64,000 nucleotides of DNA from Candidatus Bathyarchaeota archaeon. Lineage in GTDB: Archaea; Thermoproteota; Bathyarchaeia; TCS64. Under the pieces are notes generated by a model that worked only from the letters and a program-made list of their open reading frames with translations, was not told the DNA's origin and did no database searches. The DNA is taken from positions 96,001-160,000 of the forward strand of contig CAVYLP010000002.1 in the NCBI GenBank assembly GCA_963769425.1, in the 5' to 3' direction. Both the position numbers and the translations under genes were made by a program. Within the stretch, counting starts at the first letter, position 1. The number at the start of each line of letters is the position of its first letter. Of the stretch, positions 40,938-51,832 are shown piece after piece.

Positions 40938-42334
40938 GTCGGCGCCCCAGATTACAGGCAGCGTGGCCGATAAAAGGGTTGAGCCCCCTGCACCATTTTT
41001 AAGCATAACCCCATATACAGTCTGGATCGCCCTTGGCAGAGCAGATCGAGCACGTTGAGGCCCTCCCACTCATCGCGAAGAGGCGATGGCTCGGGATAAT
41101 CATACCCGCCATAAACCTCCCACTCTTCGCCTTCAGCGCGTACACGACCGTGACCATGTACCTCGCGGGTGCCCCAACGAACTCCGAGGACTTCATAAGC
41201 AACGTTCTAGTCATGGTCGCAACCATCGCCCTCGGCCTCCTGCTCCCCCTCTGGGTGCCCGTCTACACAAGCAGTTACACCCTCGAGGAAGGTGGCCTCA
41301 GGATCAGCAGGCTGCTGAAGAAGAGCGTGTTCCTCCCCTACAAGGAGATAGCGCGCACCGAGGTCTACATCCGAGAGCCCGGAGAGATCCCCGAGGACGC
41401 CATAAACTACACGAGGGTGAACGCCGAGAAGCTCAAGAAGACTGGCTTCGGATTCGTAGACTTCACGAACTCGGAGGCGAACATTGTCCTCCTCATGTCG
41501 GGGAGGAAGATCTACATGATCTCCCCCACTAAGCCGCGTGCCTTCCTGAAGAGCCTGAAGAAGAGGGCGAATTCCTGTGTAGTATGCCCTTTTAGCGCCG
41601 AACGTGCGCGCGGCGAGGAGGAGGTGGGTTGAAACCCTCTTGTCCCTCGATGGCCTGTGACCCAGGCGTAGAACGACAACCTCCTGATCGTGCTTCTCTG
41701 CCATGTCGGCGCCCCAGATTACAGGCAGCTTAGCCGATAAAAGGGTTGAGCCCCTGCACCATTTTTAAGCATAACCCCATATACAGTCTGGATCGCCCTT
41801 GGCAGAGCAGATCGAGCACGTTGAGGCCCTCCCACTCATCGCGAAGAGGCGATGGCTCGGCATCATCATACCCGCTATTAACCTCCCACTCTTCACCTTC
41901 AGCGCGTACACAACCGTGACCATGTATCTCGCGGGTGCCCCAACGAACTCAGAGGATTTCATAAGCAACGTTCTAGTCATGGTCGCCACTATCGCCCTCG
42001 GCCTCCTGCTCCCACTCTGGGTGCCCGTCTACACAAGCAGTTACACCCTCGAGGAAAGCGGCCTCAGAATCAGTAGGCTGCTGAAGAAGAGCGTGTTCCT
42101 CCCCTACAAGGAGATAGCGCGTACCGAGGTTTACATCCGTGAGCCCGGCGAGATCCCCGAGGACGCCATCAACTACACGAGAGTGAACGCCGAGAAGCTC
42201 AAGAAGACCGGCTTCGGATTCGTAGACTTCACGAACTCGGAGGCGAACATAGTCCTTCTCATGTCGGGGCGGAAGATCTACATGATCTCCCCCACCAAGC
42301 CGCGCGCCTTCCTGAAGAGCTTGAAGAGGAGGGC
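40802..42334. repeat. Diverged tandem duplication (40802-41568 and 41569-42334)
   Basis: Both copies start GAATTCCTGTGTAGTATG and end GAGGGC; mostly synonymous differences and one 1-bp indel. Confidence 0.92.
41033..41632 (+). CDS. Membrane/PH-like domain protein, copy 1 with chimeric C-terminus
   Basis: Nearly identical to 41799..42401 up to the duplication junction. Confidence 0.6.
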   Translation: MAEQIEHVEALPLIAKRRWLGIIIPAINLPLFAFSAYTTVTMYLAGAPTNSEDFISNVLVMVATIALGLLLPLWVPVYTSSYTLEEGGLRISRLLKKSVFLPYKEIARTEVYIREPGEIPEDAINYTRVNAEKLKKTGFGFVDFTNSEANIVLLMSGRKIYMISPTKPRAFLKSLKKRANSCVVCPFSAERARGEEEVG

Positions 42335-42401
42335 CCCCAAGCTCACGGCGAAGGTCGTTGAGCTGAACGCCAAGGGGAAAAATATTCAGGAGCTAGAGTG
42401 A
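41799..42401 (+). CDS. Membrane protein with bacterial PH-like domain
   Basis: Two TM segments then SYTLEE...LPYKEI...[14 protein letters not shown]. Confidence 0.65.
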   Translation: MAEQIEHVEALPLIAKRRWLGIIIPAINLPLFTFSAYTTVTMYLAGAPTNSEDFISNVLVMVATIALGLLLPLWVPVYTSSYTLEESGLRISRLLKKSVFLPYKEIARTEVYIREPGEIPEDAINYTRVNAEKLKKTGFGFVDFTNSEANIVLLMSGRKIYMISPTKPRAFLKSLKRRAPKLTAKVVELNAKGKNIQELE

Positions 42402-42402
42402 G

Positions 42403-42849
42403 TTGGCGCCAATAGCCAGAAATGTCGGAAATATTTTAGCGCAAACTAAGATCAAGGAGCATCAAGACGATTACTCAATTGTGTTTATTGATCCTGCTCA
42501 GAGAGATGAAGTCTGGAACGCTTTAAAGAATCTGAAGTCTTTTACTTCCTACACCTTCACTGATGACGAGGTGTCCCTTGTAATTCGTTCCACAGAATGG
42601 GAGAAATTAAAAAAATGTTTCGGTGGAAGCAAGGAAGAGGGACCATACAGGCTTATAACTTTCGATATTGTACTAGACCTATCAATTGTCGGATTCCTCT
42701 CAGTAGTATCTACAGCTTTAGCGGAATCAGGAGTTAGTGTGTATGCGCTTTCAACTTACCTAACGGATCATATTCTTGTTAAGAAAAAGGATGCAAGAAA
42801 GGCTATTGGAGTGCTTAATGAAATGATCACTAAATCAAGTATTGTATAA
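42403..42849 (+). CDS. ACT domain-containing protein
   Basis: DEVSLV, LDLSIVGFLSVVSTALAESGVSVYALSTYLTDHILVK. Confidence 0.85.
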   Translation: MAPIARNVGNILAQTKIKEHQDDYSIVFIDPAQRDEVWNALKNLKSFTSYTFTDDEVSLVIRSTEWEKLKKCFGGSKEEGPYRLITFDIVLDLSIVGFLSVVSTALAESGVSVYALSTYLTDHILVKKKDARKAIGVLNEMITKSSIV

Positions 42850-43233
42850 TCAATGATCTATCTGTAGCATAATTAACAACTGCACCTTAGGTGAGTGAAT
42901 TATTGTCGACGCCTCACCTCATGGAAAATTCACTTTAACATCTTGCGATTAAATTCAAAAAGTTATCTTAACTAATTAGAAAAATAACACCTATGAGTGA
43001 AAATCCAAATAAAATCGCTAATCTGAGTACATAATTTAGTTTCAATATATATATTATATTAAATGGTATGCGCCATCTGATCACTAATTGATTAATATTT
43101 TAATTTTGGATATATGCTCCTCTAATAGTTCGATATTTTGATTGAAATGTTCTTATGGTAACCTAATAATGATTAACCTAAAATTTAGTAGCCACTTTTA
43201 AATCAGTAATGCCGTAATTATTAGAGATAATTA

Positions 43234-43797
43234 ATGAATTCAAGAAAAATCTCCATTTTAGTCGTATTTTCGGCTCTCACTGTGTTCTTAAATATTTCTC
43301 CAATAAAGATTCCTGCACCTTATGCTCCTTTTCTAATTTATCAATTATGGGAGATACCAATTGTTACTGTTTCATTACTTTATGGATTTCAGATGGGTAT
43401 TTCAGTATCTATAATTAACACTCTAATATTATTATTAGTTTATCCTGGTGCATTACCCACTGGACCACTCTATAATTTTATTGCAGTACTAAGCATGTTA
43501 TTCGGTATATATATTTTTAGAAAGTTCTTTTTAAATTTTTATAAAATGGATAATGAAAAAATATCTATTACTACATCTACTATTCTCGGTATGATAACGA
43601 GAGTTATAACAATGACTATTATAAATTGGATTGTCCTTCCATTTCCTCCCCCAATTGGATTCAGTATTCCTTCCGATATTGCTATTACGTTTTTGCCCTT
43701 AATTGGCTTCTTTAATGCTACATTAGCTTTGTACACAATTCCACTCGGTATAATATTAGCTAAGGCGGTCAGGAATCGTATAACTATTAACCAATAA
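43234..43797 (+). CDS. ECF transporter S component
   Basis: IPAPYAPFLIYQLWEIP...LLYG...GPLYNFIA...LPLIGFFNA; about 6 TM. Confidence 0.7.
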   Translation: MNSRKISILVVFSALTVFLNISPIKIPAPYAPFLIYQLWEIPIVTVSLLYGFQMGISVSIINTLILLLVYPGALPTGPLYNFIAVLSMLFGIYIFRKFFLNFYKMDNEKISITTSTILGMITRVITMTIINWIVLPFPPPIGFSIPSDIAITFLPLIGFFNATLALYTIPLGIILAKAVRNRITINQ

Positions 43798-44001
43798 ATT
43801 AACTACTTTCTCAGGATTATTTACTATTTTTACTGTGTTAATTCTCTAGACTTTTATAAATTTATTAAGATATGAGCGAAGTAGTTAAAACTCTAGTCAG
43901 TAGAATAATGTTGAATTTAGGAGGGGTTGATTATTTGTGTGTCATAGATGTGGACACCCATATCTCAATAGCTCAATCTATCCCCTCAAATACGAACAAG
44001 C

Positions 44002-46302
44002 TTGGCGAAGGCGAGCCCCGGTGATACCCACATGATTAGGGTACTCCATATAGATTCGGATGGAGACTTTATGGGGCTCCTTAAGCGACGAATCGAGGAA
44101 GCAGATTCATCATTTCAATTCGAGTCAGTGATAAATGTTGTAGAAGCGAAAACAAAGTTTGAGAGTCAATACTTTGATTGTGTGTTAATCGGGCAATCTC
44201 AAACACTTAACGCATTTGAGTTAACCAAGAATTTTAGGAGCACATCAAGCGTACCAATAATAATCTACGCCTTGGAGGATTCTGAGAATTTAGTCTCACG
44301 TTCTTTCGACGCAGGCGCCGATGAATTAGTCGTTAAGCCTTCACTTGATCATCCCCTCGACTTTGCACGAAGGATATCCGTCTTAGTTAACAGAAGACAC
44401 GCCGAGGACCTGAAAAATGCGATCTCGGAAGCAGAGAAGTACGCTGTCGCAGTGGAGGTTGGGGACGAGATTATCTACGTCAACTATCCATTCGAACAGT
44501 TAGTCTCTAAGAATGCCTCTGACATCATTAGTAAAAGCCTTACATCATTCGTACCTACTTTCGAAAAAACTAATATGGAAAAACTTTTCAGCGATGGAGG
44601 AGAGTCCACTCTAACAGTTCTCCGCCAAAATGCTCCCAGTCGAAAATGCAGAATCAAAATTACAAAGACGAAACTCCAGGGCAAAGACGCCTCGATTGCA
44701 ATAATTGAAGACATCACTGATACACTGGAGAGAGAAAACCGGTTAAACTCTCTTCATTCTCAGGCCTCTAGAATACTACAGGCTCGGAGTGTAGATGAAT
44801 TAGCTAAGAAGACATTGGATTCCATCGAGGCGGGCTTTGACTCAGAAGTCATCAGTTACATGATAGTCGATAGAGACGACCTCGTTTGTGTCGAACGTCG
44901 ATGGAGAGCCCGTGGGCTAAGGATGCCCATAAACAGCGGCAACACTATGGGGAGAGCCGTCCTTCAGGGAAAACCCATTAGCGTTAACGATTTTCGCAAG
45001 GAGCCTACCATGCTAGAGGATTCGGCTCCGAGGTCAGGAATTTCGGTACCGGTTAAGCAGGATGATAAAATTGTAGCCGTCATCGATCTACGCAGTAGTC
45101 GAGAGGATGCATTCACCGAGACCGATATCGATGCCCTAAATTCGCTCTCGACTTACGTTGGCAGTGTTCACAAGTTAATAGATGATCTGAGGTCAGCGGA
45201 GAGCTCCGAGACACAGTATCGGAGGCTGCTGGATGCGTTTAACGACGCGGTCTTCGTACTGGATGAATCAAAGTATCTATACGTTAACAAGAGGGGAGTA
45301 GAGCTACTCGGATACTCTGATCCATCTGAGATCGTTGGCACAGACATTTACAGACACGTCTCTCCCGAGTTCAGAGAACTTGTTAAAACTAGGATTGAGG
45401 GGCGCCTAATTGGTGAGGCCGTTCCATCCACCTATGAGATCAAACTCGTTAAGGCTGACGGGACGACCATAGACATCGAGGTTGACGCCTCTAGAATAAT
45501 CTTTGAGGGAAAGCCAGCATCGCTCACCATCGAGAAAGATGTAACAGCGCAGAAACAGAAGCAGAGCCAGCTGAACAAGCGCACGGCCGAACTGGAGTTG
45601 CAGATTGAGAAGAGGACCCAAGAACTCCTAGAAGCTCAGCAGTTCGCAGCCGCGGGGAGGATGGCTAGCATGGTAGGCCACGACCTCAGGAGTCCACTGC
45701 AATCGATTAAAAACGCTGCGTACCTCATGCGCCGTCAACCAACAAGATCCGAAGATATGCTGAACTCAATAGAATCCTCTGTCGACCGCGCACTCGCTAT
45801 GCTTGAGGAGCTTAGACACCAAACCAGGGAGACTCCCCTCAAAGAGGAATCTGTGGATCTCCCCGAGATGGTCATGAGCATACTCAAGGATACGCCGATG
45901 GGCGAGGGCATCCAAGTTGACATGAGGCTCGACCCCTCCATCAAGGTGGTTAGGTTAGACCCCATGAAGATTAGAAGGGTCGTCGAGAACCTGGTTAGAA
46001 ACGCGCTCGACGCCATGCCTAACGGAGGGCGACTTACAGTCGAGACGAAGGCGGAGGGGGACTATTTCACCGTGCTCGTCACAGATACAGGAGTAGGCAT
46101 ACCCAAAGAGAATTTCCCCAATTTATTCAAATCATTCTTCACCACAAAGTCGAACGGCCTGGGCCTAGGACTCGCATACACTCAGAAGGCCGTTGAGGCC
46201 CACGGGGGAACAGTTGAAGTCGAATCCGAGGTCGGAAAGGGCACAACATTCAAAGTCCGTCTTCCCAATCGCCCCAGCCAAAAAGCTCCGGAGGCCAAGT
46301 AA
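44002..46302 (+). CDS. Hybrid sensor histidine kinase (REC-like, PAS, GAF, PAS, HisKA, HATPase)
   Basis: VGHDLRSPL H-box, NLVRNALDA, DTGVGI, FFTTK, GLGLGL. Confidence 0.92.
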   Translation: MAKASPGDTHMIRVLHIDSDGDFMGLLKRRIEEADSSFQFESVINVVEAKTKFESQYFDCVLIGQSQTLNAFELTKNFRSTSSVPIIIYALEDSENLVSRSFDAGADELVVKPSLDHPLDFARRISVLVNRRHAEDLKNAISEAEKYAVAVEVGDEIIYVNYPFEQLVSKNASDIISKSLTSFVPTFEKTNMEKLFSDGGESTLTVLRQNAPSRKCRIKITKTKLQGKDASIAIIEDITDTLERENRLNSLHSQASRILQARSVDELAKKTLDSIEAGFDSEVISYMIVDRDDLVCVERRWRARGLRMPINSGNTMGRAVLQGKPISVNDFRKEPTMLEDSAPRSGISVPVKQDDKIVAVIDLRSSREDAFTETDIDALNSLSTYVGSVHKLIDDLRSAESSETQYRRLLDAFNDAVFVLDESKYLYVNKRGVELLGYSDPSEIVGTDIYRHVSPEFRELVKTRIEGRLIGEAVPSTYEIKLVKADGTTIDIEVDASRIIFEGKPASLTIEKDVTAQKQKQSQLNKRTAELELQIEKRTQELLEAQQFAAAGRMASMVGHDLRSPLQSIKNAAYLMRRQPTRSEDMLNSIESSVDRALAMLEELRHQTRETPLKEESVDLPEMVMSILKDTPMGEGIQVDMRLDPSIKVVRLDPMKIRRVVENLVRNALDAMPNGGRLTVETKAEGDYFTVLVTDTGVGIPKENFPNLFKSFFTTKSNGLGLGLAYTQKAVEAHGGTVEVESEVGKGTTFKVRLPNRPSQKAPEAK

Positions 46303-46751
46303 TGGTAGATAAAAACCCCACATCGATCAGCAAGACTCATAGGAAAAGAGCAAACACCTCACACAGACAGAAGCATCTTCGAGTGTTACATATCGATGAC
46401 GATTTGGACCAATTGATGTTCACGAAGCTCTTCCTAGAGGAATGCGACCCCAACATCAGTGTCGAGTCTATCTCGATTCCATCAGACGCGGTGCGAGCAG
46501 TCAACTCTAGGTCTTTCGACTGCGTCGTTTCAGATTACCAGATGGACGAGATGGACGGGATCATTTTGACTAAACGAATCCGTGAGCGTAGTGATATTCC
46601 AATCATTATCTACACGGGGCGAGGCAGCGAGGAAATTGAGGAAGTCGCGAAGGCTGCTGGTGCAGATGGCTACGTTCAGAAAGCCATAGATCCTAAACAT
46701 TATCACGGCTTATACGAACAAATACTAGTCGCTATCCAGTGTGATGATTAA
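46302..46751 (+). CDS. Response regulator receiver protein
   Basis: LHIDDD, DCVVSDYQMDEMDG, YTGRG, DGYVQK. Confidence 0.9.
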   Translation: MVDKNPTSISKTHRKRANTSHRQKHLRVLHIDDDLDQLMFTKLFLEECDPNISVESISIPSDAVRAVNSRSFDCVVSDYQMDEMDGIILTKRIRERSDIPIIIYTGRGSEEIEEVAKAAGADGYVQKAIDPKHYHGLYEQILVAIQCDD

Positions 46752-47014
46752 TATAAAATATGATAATCTTAAAATTATTAAATTGTCTTATTAATTCGTT
46801 TTTATCCAAAAATAAATAAGAAATATCAAATAATTCGGATAATTTTTAGAGGTATTGCGTTAGGAATGATTACCAACTTCAACCCATGGAGATCGTGAGG
46901 CGTAAATACTCTATACAGTCTTGCCTCGCTTGGAATTCAATAACCATTATCGGTCTAAACAATCATTTACTCTGGTACACTCCTACTCGGAACAGAAGCA
47001 TGGAAAAATCGTTA

Positions 47015-47205
47015 TCCTATGCTACTAGGAATCCCATTCCTAGCTACATGGAAGAAACTACCTGCTGCTAGGAAGAGAATACCAGTTACTTGGAAGAAAA
47101 TTCCTGTTGCAGGGAAGAGCGACATTCCAGCTACCAAGAAGTAAATTCCTGCTACAAGGAAGAAGACCTTCCAGCTACTAGGAATTGACTTCCTGCAACT
47201 GGGAA
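47015..47205. repeat. Degenerate tandem repeat of about 21-24 bp, about 8 units
   Basis: Units such as GGAAGAAACTACCTGCTGCTA, GGAAGAGAATACCAGTTACTT, GGAAGAAAATTCCTGTTGCAG, GGAATTGACTTCCTGCAACTG. Confidence 0.7.
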
Positions 47206-47433
47206 TACGGGTCAAAGGAGTGGATGTGCAAGAGAAAGTCATATTCACGGTCATTATGCGGAGGAGGATCGAGGATTGGTGGGGGGGATGACGTGGAACT
47301 TGAACCCCCTGACCAATAATCTGCGGTGTTTCGATTGAGTTGTATTTCTTCACAGAGGAAGAGAAGAGGAGAGGGTTTGGCTGAATGGAGCGGAGGGAAA
47401 TAGGCAGGTCAAGAATCTTAATCCAAAAGCTCG

Positions 47434-47520
47434 GGTTAATGTTTTTATTGGTGACTGGATAGTCTATTTGGCGCGCTCCTGTCGTCTAGTCCGGTCAAGG
47501 ATATGGGCCTCTCGAGTCCG
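47434..47520 (+). repeat. 87-bp direct repeat of the tRNA-Glu upstream region and 5' part (partner 49162-49248)
   Basis: Identical GGTTAATGTTTTTATTGG...CTCTCGAGTCCG at an offset of 1728 bp. Confidence 0.93.
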
Positions 47521-48185
47521 CGATGACCTAATAAGGTGTGAACCCTCCGGGAGAGAAATCTGAGTTGTATAAACCCCATGAACTGTTGTTGCAGTCGCTA
47601 TGTTTATCCAAGTGTCATTGACAAGGTTTATGTACGAAAATGGTCGATGAAACATCTGCACTAATCGGTCAGAATATAGTAAATTGATGGTTCACGGTCA
47701 CTTAGTTTTCAGAAACTAGAACAAGTAATTGTCGTAGGTTGTTGGGCTGTAGCTGAAAAATCATCATAGAGAGTTGAAAGAACATCGGCGACCTCATTGA
47801 CCGCGGGATCAATAGACGTCCACGAGCGCTGAGGTAGAACTACCCTGAGCAAGCAATAGAGCTGGCTCTCGCAGACCCGAGGATCCAACCATTAGCAAAC
47901 CAATCGGGGGTTAAGATATTCGCAGTATTCACTATGCACTTTCAGATAATATTCGATAACAACGTTACCCAATCGGGAAAGAATACAGTGGATTGGGATC
48001 AAATATACCGAGCCACGGTCTGGATTCGATACACTGACAATTCTGGTTATAGCGTCGATGTCAACATCACGGATAAGCTGGTGGGCGAGCCAGTCCATGT
48101 AGTTTGGGTAGGAAACGACGTATACCTGAGGTAGCTAGTAGATACCCAAAGTAAACTCTGAAGGGAGGCATTTGATCTGAGGAAC

Positions 48186-48659
48186 TTGAGGCTGGTGTTC
48201 TTCGCCGGGCTCCTCGTCTCCATGTTTGTGTTGACCGTGAAGCTGCTTCAGCCGGTGTCTATTCAGATGATGGTCAACGGGGAGAGCATCGTGTTCACTG
48301 AGCAGCCAGCTTTCTATGGTCTGGGGGACGTTGCACTCGTGGCGGCTTCAGCGTTTACGTCTGGTATCTGCCTCATGTTTCTCTTACTCGTAGAGGATAC
48401 GAGAGTTACCGGAAGTGGTACGAGTATTACGTTATCCGACGCGATTGTTGGGGTCGAGGATGAGGATGAGAAGACGCTTCTCAGGGTTATTGTTGAGATG
48501 GGTGGGTCGATGTTTCAGAGTGATCTTGTTGAGCGTAGTGGTTTCTCTAAGGGTAAGGTTAGTCTTGTGCTGGACAGGCTTGAGGCGAGGGGTAGGATTC
48601 GTAGGAGAAGAAGTGGCATGACGAATATGATCAACATAATCGAGGTGAGTAATCGATGA
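48186..48659 (+). CDS. Membrane-anchored winged-helix (MarR-type) regulator
   Basis: Two TM segments then QSDLVERSGFSKGKVSLVLDRLEARGRIRRRRSGMTN. Confidence 0.8.
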   Translation: MRLVFFAGLLVSMFVLTVKLLQPVSIQMMVNGESIVFTEQPAFYGLGDVALVAASAFTSGICLMFLLLVEDTRVTGSGTSITLSDAIVGVEDEDEKTLLRVIVEMGGSMFQSDLVERSGFSKGKVSLVLDRLEARGRIRRRRSGMTNMINIIEVSNR

Positions 48660-49202
48660 GAGTCAAAGTAGCTCTCTTATCCATTCTATCTGCCGTCGCA
48701 ATTTTCATAATGTTGACAATGAACGCCCCACCCCACCTCGCTGGAGGGCAGCTTGAGAACGGGCTCGTCGCGAGGATACGATTCAGCAACGACTCCTACA
48801 ACGCGATTAGCTTTGTGTCTGCTTCATACGAGTTTTATAATCCAACAAACAACCCCCACTTGCCCGTTGTCGGGCAGCTCAGTCTCTAGAGGAGAACTGG
48901 AGGTTATCGATGCATGTACTTGATCTTCTGTACGAGCGAGCCAGTCGAGCGCGTGTTGGGCAATGCCAGTCGTGTGCCTCCCGTAATCGTGAGGTGACTC
49001 AGCATCGGTGCTAAATCCACCATTACCCAACGAGAAGTCCCAGTTTAACCTGCAAAGCAAGAAATGGCAAGATTGCAACAGCACAATCTGCTTAGGCGTC
49101 TTGGAGACAAGACCGATGGACAGGTTGAGCCTTTAAGCGAAATCCGCCTATCAATACAACAGGTTAATGTTTTTATTGGTGACTGGATAGTCTATTTGGC
49201 GC

Positions 49203-49278
49203 GCTCCTGTCGTCTAGTCCGGTCAAGGATATGGGCCTCTCGAGTCCGAGATCCCGGGTTCAAATCCCGGCGGGAGCA
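49203..49278 (+). tRNA. tRNA-Glu(CTC), CCA encoded at 49279-49281
   Basis: GCTCCTG/CGGGAGC acceptor stem, CT-CTC-GA anticodon loop, GGTTCAAATCC T-arm. Confidence 0.95.
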
Positions 49279-49640
49279 CCAAAATTTATAAAAACGTTTT
49301 TTTTCACATTTACTGTTCCTTGATGTGATCCAGAGACATTGCGAATTCAATAAAAAAATTTATTTAAAAAAGATGGGTGATGTTACTAGTATCATAAACG
49401 AGTAACATCCGTCTTAAATAGAGATAAATTCGAAAAATCATACCTGAAATTAACGCAGACATCCAATTCAGAGAGAACACAAGCTACCCGAAGAACAGGT
49501 TCATTGAAGAAAAATCATGTTACTTGTTACTAGTACCCCCTCCCCCCTCCGTATGGAGACTGACCCCTTCTATCCAACTAATCAAGCATATGATAAGAAT
49601 GAAAACTCGAGAAACAATGATTATCCTGTCATATTATCGG

Positions 49641-51221
49641 TTAATGATTCTTGAACGGACGCAGAACCGCCCCCGCCCTACACCCGTTGTGTCTACAATG
49701 CTCCACCGTGACGACTCCATTCACTATGACATACTCTACACCCACCGGGTGTTGAATCGGGTCTTCGAATGTCGCTGTGTCCTCGATAACATCAGGGTCA
49801 AAGATAGTAATGTCCGCAGCTAAGCCAGGACGGAGCAAGCCGCGGTCATTGAGGCCGTGTGTCTGAGCGGTGTAGCTTGTCATCTTCCTTATCGCCTCCT
49901 CTAACCTGAGGACCCCATCTCTCACGTATCGACCAGCCACGCGCGGGAAACTACCGTAGGCCCTAGGGTGGGGTTTGCCGAGGACGATACCGTCCGTGCA
50001 GACCATTCCCAGAGGACTTCTCATTATAGTCCGTACGTCCCCCTCATCCATCGTGAAGGTCGCCATCGTAGCCGAGTTCTCCTCCTCGAGGACGAGGTCG
50101 AGAACCGTCTCCGCGGGCGTCTTACCTAGATCGGAGGCAATCTGAGAGACGTACTTCCCCTCGAAGCGCTTATTCGGTCTCGTCTGAACGTTCGTTATCA
50201 GTATCCTGTTCCACTCGTTTGGGCTTCCTTCATCGCCTCTTGCCCCTCCTAGATATTCGGCGAGCTTCTTCCGGATTTCCTTATCCCTGAGCCGAGTGAG
50301 TAGCTTGTCTAGTCCGCCCTCGTGAGCCCAAGGGGGGAGGAGGCTACCGAGGAAGGTGCTCCCCGCCGTGTAGGGATACTGGTCGAAGGTGACATCAACA
50401 CCACTCTTTCGGGCGTCCTCAACCCTCGCTAACGCCTCTGGTGCCCTCCCCCAGTTCGCCCGCCCATTTGTCTTGAAGTGGCTTATATGGACAGCGGCGC
50501 CCGAGCTGCGTCCCACGCCCACTACCTCGTCTATCGAGTCGAAGAGCCTGTCGCCCTCGTTCCTCATGTGGACGACGAATACTCCCCGGTGGGATGAGAC
50601 TACCTTGCATAGCTCGGTCAGTTCAGACGAGTCAGCGTAGACGCACGGGGGGTAGATGAGGCCGGTGCTGAGGCCGATGCCGCCCTCGCTAAGGGATTTG
50701 TCTAGGAGCGTCATCATCTCGGTGAGTTCGGCGGGTGTCGGTTTCCGGTCATCCATCCCCATGATTGCTAGGCGGAGGTTGCCGTGGCCGACTAGTGAGG
50801 CGACGTTGACTGAGGGCCTCGCGGCCTCAAGCCGGACGAGGTAGTCGCCGAGGCTCCTCCACTCCCATCCTATGTCGGGGTTCCCGTTGAGCCCGGAGAG
50901 GTACCTGCGCCACATGTCGACGGTCCCGTCGGTGAGTGGGGCCTCTCCTAGGCCGTCCTGGCCGACGACCTCGGTGGTTATCCCCTGCATTATCTTGATC
51001 CGGGCCTCCGGCTCGGAGATTAGGACGAGGTCACCGTGGCTGTGGGCATCTATGAAGCCAGGGGAGACAACAAGGCCAGAGGCGTCTATCGTCTCCAGCG
51101 CCTCGTCCTCGCACCTCCCCACAGCGCTGATCCTGCCCTTGGTCACGGCGACGTCCCCGTTGTACCACGGGTTGCCGGCGCCGTCCACTATCCTTCCGCC
51201 CTTGATTTTGAGGTCGTACAT
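49641..51221 (-). CDS. N-acyl-D-amino-acid deacylase (D-aminoacylase)
   Basis: PGFIDAHSHGD, STGLIYPP, HMRNEG, HISHFK, HPRAYGSFPR. Confidence 0.92.
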   Translation of the reverse strand: MYDLKIKGGRIVDGAGNPWYNGDVAVTKGRISAVGRCEDEALETIDASGLVVSPGFIDAHSHGDLVLISEPEARIKIMQGITTEVVGQDGLGEAPLTDGTVDMWRRYLSGLNGNPDIGWEWRSLGDYLVRLEAARPSVNVASLVGHGNLRLAIMGMDDRKPTPAELTEMMTLLDKSLSEGGIGLSTGLIYPPCVYADSSELTELCKVVSSHRGVFVVHMRNEGDRLFDSIDEVVGVGRSSGAAVHISHFKTNGRANWGRAPEALARVEDARKSGVDVTFDQYPYTAGSTFLGSLLPPWAHEGGLDKLLTRLRDKEIRKKLAEYLGGARGDEGSPNEWNRILITNVQTRPNKRFEGKYVSQIASDLGKTPAETVLDLVLEEENSATMATFTMDEGDVRTIMRSPLGMVCTDGIVLGKPHPRAYGSFPRVAGRYVRDGVLRLEEAIRKMTSYTAQTHGLNDRGLLRPGLAADITIFDPDVIEDTATFEDPIQHPVGVEYVIVNGVVTVEHCRHNGCRAGAVLRPFKNH

Positions 51222-51316
51222 CTGGCTACTCTTCAGGCCCCGCGTTTAAACGATTTTGGGGGTTGCTGACCTAGTTCTAATTGCTTTGGGTTTAGCGGGT
51301 CTCCTCCCCGTTTCAC

Positions 51317-51832
51317 CTAACTTCTTCTAGGTTTCCTCTTCAGCTCCGTCCCACAGATAGGGCAGACGTTGTCCTCCTGCGGGGAGTCAAAGTTCTTCCT
51401 GCACCCGGGGCAGTAGATGCCCCAGTTGAGCACCTTCTTTATCCCCTTCGTAGCCTGGGAGACGAAGCGGAACCCGAGCCGAGCCGCCATGTTCTGTACC
51501 GAGTAATCGTCGGAAACGATAGTGGGCTCCTTCCCCTCGGACTTGAGCCGGAGGCCGAGTGAGAGGAGTTGCTTATCCGTGGGGGACAACTTATGGGCCT
51601 CTCCAGCGGACCTCGCCCTCGCCTCGAGCTCGTCAGACCACCTCTTCTCGGGGGTTACTTCCTGCAGCTTCCCCGAGGACCTCGCGCCTTCGTACCTCAT
51701 CTTCCCCAGGTCCTCCCTGATCTCCTCAAGTACCTCAGGGACCGTATAGTACTCCTCGTCGGTTGAGAGATTGTACCCCTGGATGAAGGCAGACGTGTCC
51801 AAAATAACGTGTCTCAGGCGGGGTCCCCTCAC
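51317..51832 (-). CDS. nob1: Nob1 rRNA-processing endonuclease (PIN + Zn ribbon)
   Basis: ILDTSAFI, LSPTD, SDDYSVQN, CPGC/CPICG. Confidence 0.92.
   Translation of the reverse strand: MRGPRLRHVILDTSAFIQGYNLSTDEEYYTVPEVLEEIREDLGKMRYEGARSSGKLQEVTPEKRWSDELEARARSAGEAHKLSPTDKQLLSLGLRLKSEGKEPTIVSDDYSVQNMAARLGFRFVSQATKGIKKVLNWGIYCPGCRKNFDSPQEDNVCPICGTELKRKPRRS

Noticed and set aside
41207-41704. Second trm56-like ORF of 165 aa
   Set aside because: Only the first 45 or so codons are trm56; the rest is antisense read-through across the duplication junction.
47015-47205. CRISPR array or NrpR operators
   Set aside because: Units are contiguous with no spacers, and the GGAA-TTCC spacing is 5, 7 or 8 bp, not the 6 bp of NrpR sites.
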